Both the position numbers and the translations under genes were made by a program. The notes below the pieces were generated by a model. That model had not been told where the DNA came from. It searched no databases and worked only from the letters and a program-made list of their open reading frames with translations. A stretch of 64,000 nt of DNA from Promethearchaeota archaeon (GTDB lineage Archaea; Asgardarchaeota; Heimdallarchaeia; Hodarchaeales; Hodarchaeaceae), in NCBI GenBank assembly GCA_048938105.1, contig JBHLMN010000018.1, positions 64,001-128,000 of the forward strand, written 5' to 3'. Positions 61,287-64,000 of the stretch are shown piece after piece (position 1 is the stretch's first letter; each line of letters opens with the position of its first letter).

Positions 61287-61534
61287 GCTCTCTTTTGAAA
61301 TTTCGTGGCACAAAACCATATTGAAAAAAAAAAGAAATCATTTAGAAATTTAGTCATACTAATCCATTTCCAGTAGATGAATCAAGGAGTTTAAGGAAGC
61401 TTTAGGGTAAAAAACCAACTTTACCCATAACTCCACCTGTTAGAATAGTAGATTCTTGACTGATAGATAAACCAAAAAACCCAGAAATCATTGTAGTACT
61501 CCCGTTAGGACGGTCGAGCGTGATCCATATTGAA

Positions 61535-61580
61535 AAAACTGTTTATCAAGCATATAGAGAGGGATAATTAGTACTAGTAG
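61535..61580 (+). repeat. 46-bp direct repeat, copy 2
   Basis: aaaactgtttatcaagcatatagagagggataattagtactagtag. Confidence 0.85.
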
Positions 61581-61655
61581 CAAATCAATTTTTTGCACTT
61601 AAGAAAGTTCTTTTTAGGAGATGTAATATAGGAGGCTTTCATTGGGTGATGACGC

Positions 61656-62288
61656 CTGAATTCTAATCTAACTGATGATTATCAACTAGAACAACTCCTT
61701 AAAGAATTAGATTCCCAGGATTTCCAAAAACGTGCTGATGCAATCAAAAGACTCGGGCAAATGGACATCCAGATCAAAGATTTTCCCTTGATTCTGCACA
61801 CAAAACTGGAGGAATCTTTGCTTGACCCTGTAGCTGAAGTTCGTGGGGAAGCAGCAATGGCATTAGCATTTCTGGAAGGTGAAATTGCATTACTATTACT
61901 AGAAGCATTACTGGATGATCCAGTGCTTTCTGTACGAAGTACTGCCATAGCAGCAATAAGTTTCATTGGAATTACACCTCCACCCATTATTACTAATAAG
62001 ATGATGAATTTTTTAACTGCTCCTGAACCTGAACTTCGTGATCGGTGTGCTCGTGCATGTGGACGATTGAAAATAAACCAAGCAAAAGATAAACTGTTGG
62101 AACTTGCAAAGACTGATTCTTACTCTGCTGTAAGAGCTGGTGCTGTTGTCGGGCTAGGTATGTTTAAGGATCCTCAACTGGAAATGGAAGTTCGTCAGCT
62201 GCTATCAGCAGAGACTTCTCCCCAAGTCATTTCTGCACTCCACGAAACGCTTGCTCTATTTGACACTTCTGTTAATAGAAACTTGTGA
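61656..62288 (+). CDS. HEAT-repeat (PBS lyase-like) protein
   Basis: LLDPVAEVRGEAAMAL, LLDDPVLSVRSTAIAAI, ELRDRCARACGRL. The frame extends upstream of the track start (61761) through another repeat, LLKELDSQDFQKRADAIKRLG, to CTG 61656. Confidence 0.85.
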   Translation: MNSNLTDDYQLEQLLKELDSQDFQKRADAIKRLGQMDIQIKDFPLILHTKLEESLLDPVAEVRGEAAMALAFLEGEIALLLLEALLDDPVLSVRSTAIAAISFIGITPPPIITNKMMNFLTAPEPELRDRCARACGRLKINQAKDKLLELAKTDSYSAVRAGAVVGLGMFKDPQLEMEVRQLLSAETSPQVISALHETLALFDTSVNRNL

Positions 62289-62381
62289 TCTTATTAAGTA
62301 TTTCAAAGTTAAATTATGGAACCCATTTCGAGGCTTTCAGGAGACCTCAAAAGGTTTACTGAAGGCCCACTCTCCAATTCT

Positions 62382-63344
62382 CTATTTCTTTCTATTCACC
62401 CACTCCTCTGGTCGGAACCAATCGGCACTCCGTTTCTCGTCAAGAACCTCATCACGAAAATCGAAAAAATAGTAGGTAACTCCAGCAAGAATCTTTTCTA
62501 TGCTTATGAGGCCCGGTGAGGTCTCCGTTAACCAACTTTGGACTTTTTCTACCTCATTATATGAAGAAAACAAAAATCGTAGTAATAAGATTGGTTTCTC
62601 TTCAACTCTCCATGAATTCCAATAAGAAGGGATAGTTTTCAATTCCCGTGACAATTCTTCATATAATGGTTCAGTAAATAGAGTCAGTTTTAAACTGAAT
62701 ATCGTCCACGAACTCCGTGCCGTTTTTGCGGGATTTAGTTGAATGGTCTCCTCAATCATATTATTTTTTCGAAGAAACTCTAATCGTTCTATTAATGTCT
62801 CAATTGCGATATTTGTTCTCACAGACAGATCACTAAGCGATAAACGCCCTTGCTCACGTAAGTGTATGAGTATCATCCAATCAATATCCTGAAGGGTAAA
62901 AATTTCTTTTTTTGGGGATTTTTGCGCCTCTTCAGACAATGATTGGACTTGAAAAGCCCGTATCTCTTCAAATGTAGACCCAATCTTTCGAAAATATTTT
63001 ACTACTGAATATAGCTCACTAATCGTTCGGTAATAAATAAGTGCAAATCCTTCATGATTTTGCCCGATTGAAATGTAGGAAACTGTCGGATGGATTCCTA
63101 GGGAATTGATACGACTCAAATCTATTGATTGACTAGACCGAAAAAAAATTATTGCCTTTTTAGCTCCAAAAAGTTTGATGGAGGGGACAACTGTGAATCT
63201 CAAGATGACACGATCGTTAACTAATCGTTGTGTCCGGGCACCAACTTCCTCGACTGAAATATTTAGACGATTAGCCAGATCAGTAAAAGAACATCTGCAA
63301 TCTTTCTCTAATTCAAAGAGAAGTGATTTATCCACTAAATCCAT
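62382..63344 (-). CDS. tandem (double) Lrp/AsnC-family transcriptional regulator
   Basis: MDLVDKSLLFELEKDCRCSFTDLA... and LQDIDWMILIHLREQGRLSLSDLS...: two HTH + ligand-binding modules. Confidence 0.85.
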   Translation of the reverse strand: MDLVDKSLLFELEKDCRCSFTDLANRLNISVEEVGARTQRLVNDRVILRFTVVPSIKLFGAKKAIIFFRSSQSIDLSRINSLGIHPTVSYISIGQNHEGFALIYYRTISELYSVVKYFRKIGSTFEEIRAFQVQSLSEEAQKSPKKEIFTLQDIDWMILIHLREQGRLSLSDLSVRTNIAIETLIERLEFLRKNNMIEETIQLNPAKTARSSWTIFSLKLTLFTEPLYEELSRELKTIPSYWNSWRVEEKPILLLRFLFSSYNEVEKVQSWLTETSPGLISIEKILAGVTYYFFDFRDEVLDEKRSADWFRPEEWVNRKK

Positions 63345-63643
63345 TTATTAGCTTCCAGAATTTGGGGATTAATTATCACAGTGATGAATATTATGAAAAT
63401 CTCATTTGTTCAGAGAGTTTGATCCGATGATCTAACTCCTATGCTGTGACATTTCTTACTCATGATTTGGCCATAAGAATGTTTCCATTAGGGTTAGAAC
63501 CTTTCGCACAAACAAACATTGTCATTTTCAGGCGTAGCTTCGGAGAAAGAGGTAAGTATATCGGTGATTATAAACGGTAATACCCTTTTTCAATTAATCT
63601 TCGTATTAAAAAATGATTTTTCTTTTGATTCTGTAAAACAACT

Positions 63644-64000
63644 TTAGAAATGATCTCTTACTTTAATGAAATAGATGAATATCAGGATAGTAAGAATGGG
63701 ATTGATAAGTGCAATGAGGAGATCATTAATTATAAGTGCTAATAGATACTTATAATTTAGTAGTATTCCGAGGACATTCAATCCTAATGAGATTAAAGCA
63801 ATGATGTAAGCAATGATGTTAAGTTTCCAGAGGCCTAATCCCTCCAAGAAGATAAGAAACCCAAGAAACAGGAAAATGAATCCCAATGTGCCAAATAATC
63901 CAGCAGCTCCTGGACCCAAGATATTTTCAATCTCGGCTGCTAATCCTGCAACTCCACCTAGGATCATAATCCCAGTAAGTATCCATAACACGCCAGAAAT
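63644..64000 (-). CDS. small multi-TM membrane protein (partial, open at window end)
   Basis: Frame open to 64000 (ISGVLWILTG...); GLGLWKL..IAY and IYFIKVRDHF. Confidence 0.65.
   Translation of the reverse strand: MSGVLWILTGIMILGGVAGLAAEIENILGPGAAGLFGTLGFIFLFLGFLIFLEGLGLWKLNIIAYIIALISLGLNVLGILLNYKYLLALIINDLLIALINPILTILIFIYFIKVRDHF

Noticed and set aside
959-62519. Numerous 60-176-aa track ORFs antisense or out-of-frame to larger genes (e.g. 2283..2582, 15801..16124, 34597..34977, 47234..47764, 61682..61987)
   Set aside because: Shadow ORFs largely or wholly overlapping well-supported genes, without motifs or SD support.
1-64000. CRISPR arrays, rRNA, tRNA, IS transposases, integrases
   Set aside because: No regularly spaced short repeats, RNA gene signatures or transposase/recombinase motifs were recognised by eye.

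Overview
AT-rich, gene-dense prokaryotic window. It most likely comes from an archaeon, plausibly Asgard (Heimdall/Hodarchaeales-like). That is an inference from GGTGA/GGAGG Shine-Dalgarno motifs, TTTAAATA boxes, oligo-T terminators, many PGF/PGW-type C-terminally anchored surface proteins, and HEAT, WD40 and double-Lrp proteins. Layout: (i) 1-366, 5' end of htpG/Hsp90. (ii) ~0.7-24.3 kb, a surface-glycan locus: GT2, GT4, N-acetyl-sugar amidotransferase, Wzx flippase, deacetylase, O-acetyltransferase, an AlkP-family enzyme and two large GT-C-like proteins each followed by a small membrane protein. It ends in a sulfation module with a PAPS-dependent sulfotransferase, two membrane-anchored PAPS-independent arylsulfotransferases (one fused to an SCP2-like lipid-binding domain) and a decayed third copy. 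(iii) 24-29 kb, repeat-rich surface proteins. (iv) 29.8-37 kb, core-like genes (tmk, parvulin, ArnT/PMT-like GT-C, GIY-YIG). (v) 37-64 kb, an accessory mosaic: ABC exporter with regulator and operator, large surface proteins, a GC-richer luxE-like/luxC pair without luciferase, GH3, receptor-like SBBP-TM-HTH and WD40-TM-Zn-ribbon proteins, and two gene segments bracketed by near-perfect direct repeats. The best candidates for an undescribed system are a trans-membrane, lipid-carrier sulfate relay for sulfating surface glycans, and the luciferase-free LuxEC acid reductase. No rRNA, tRNA, CRISPR array or transposase was recognised. All family calls are by motif recognition, without database searches.
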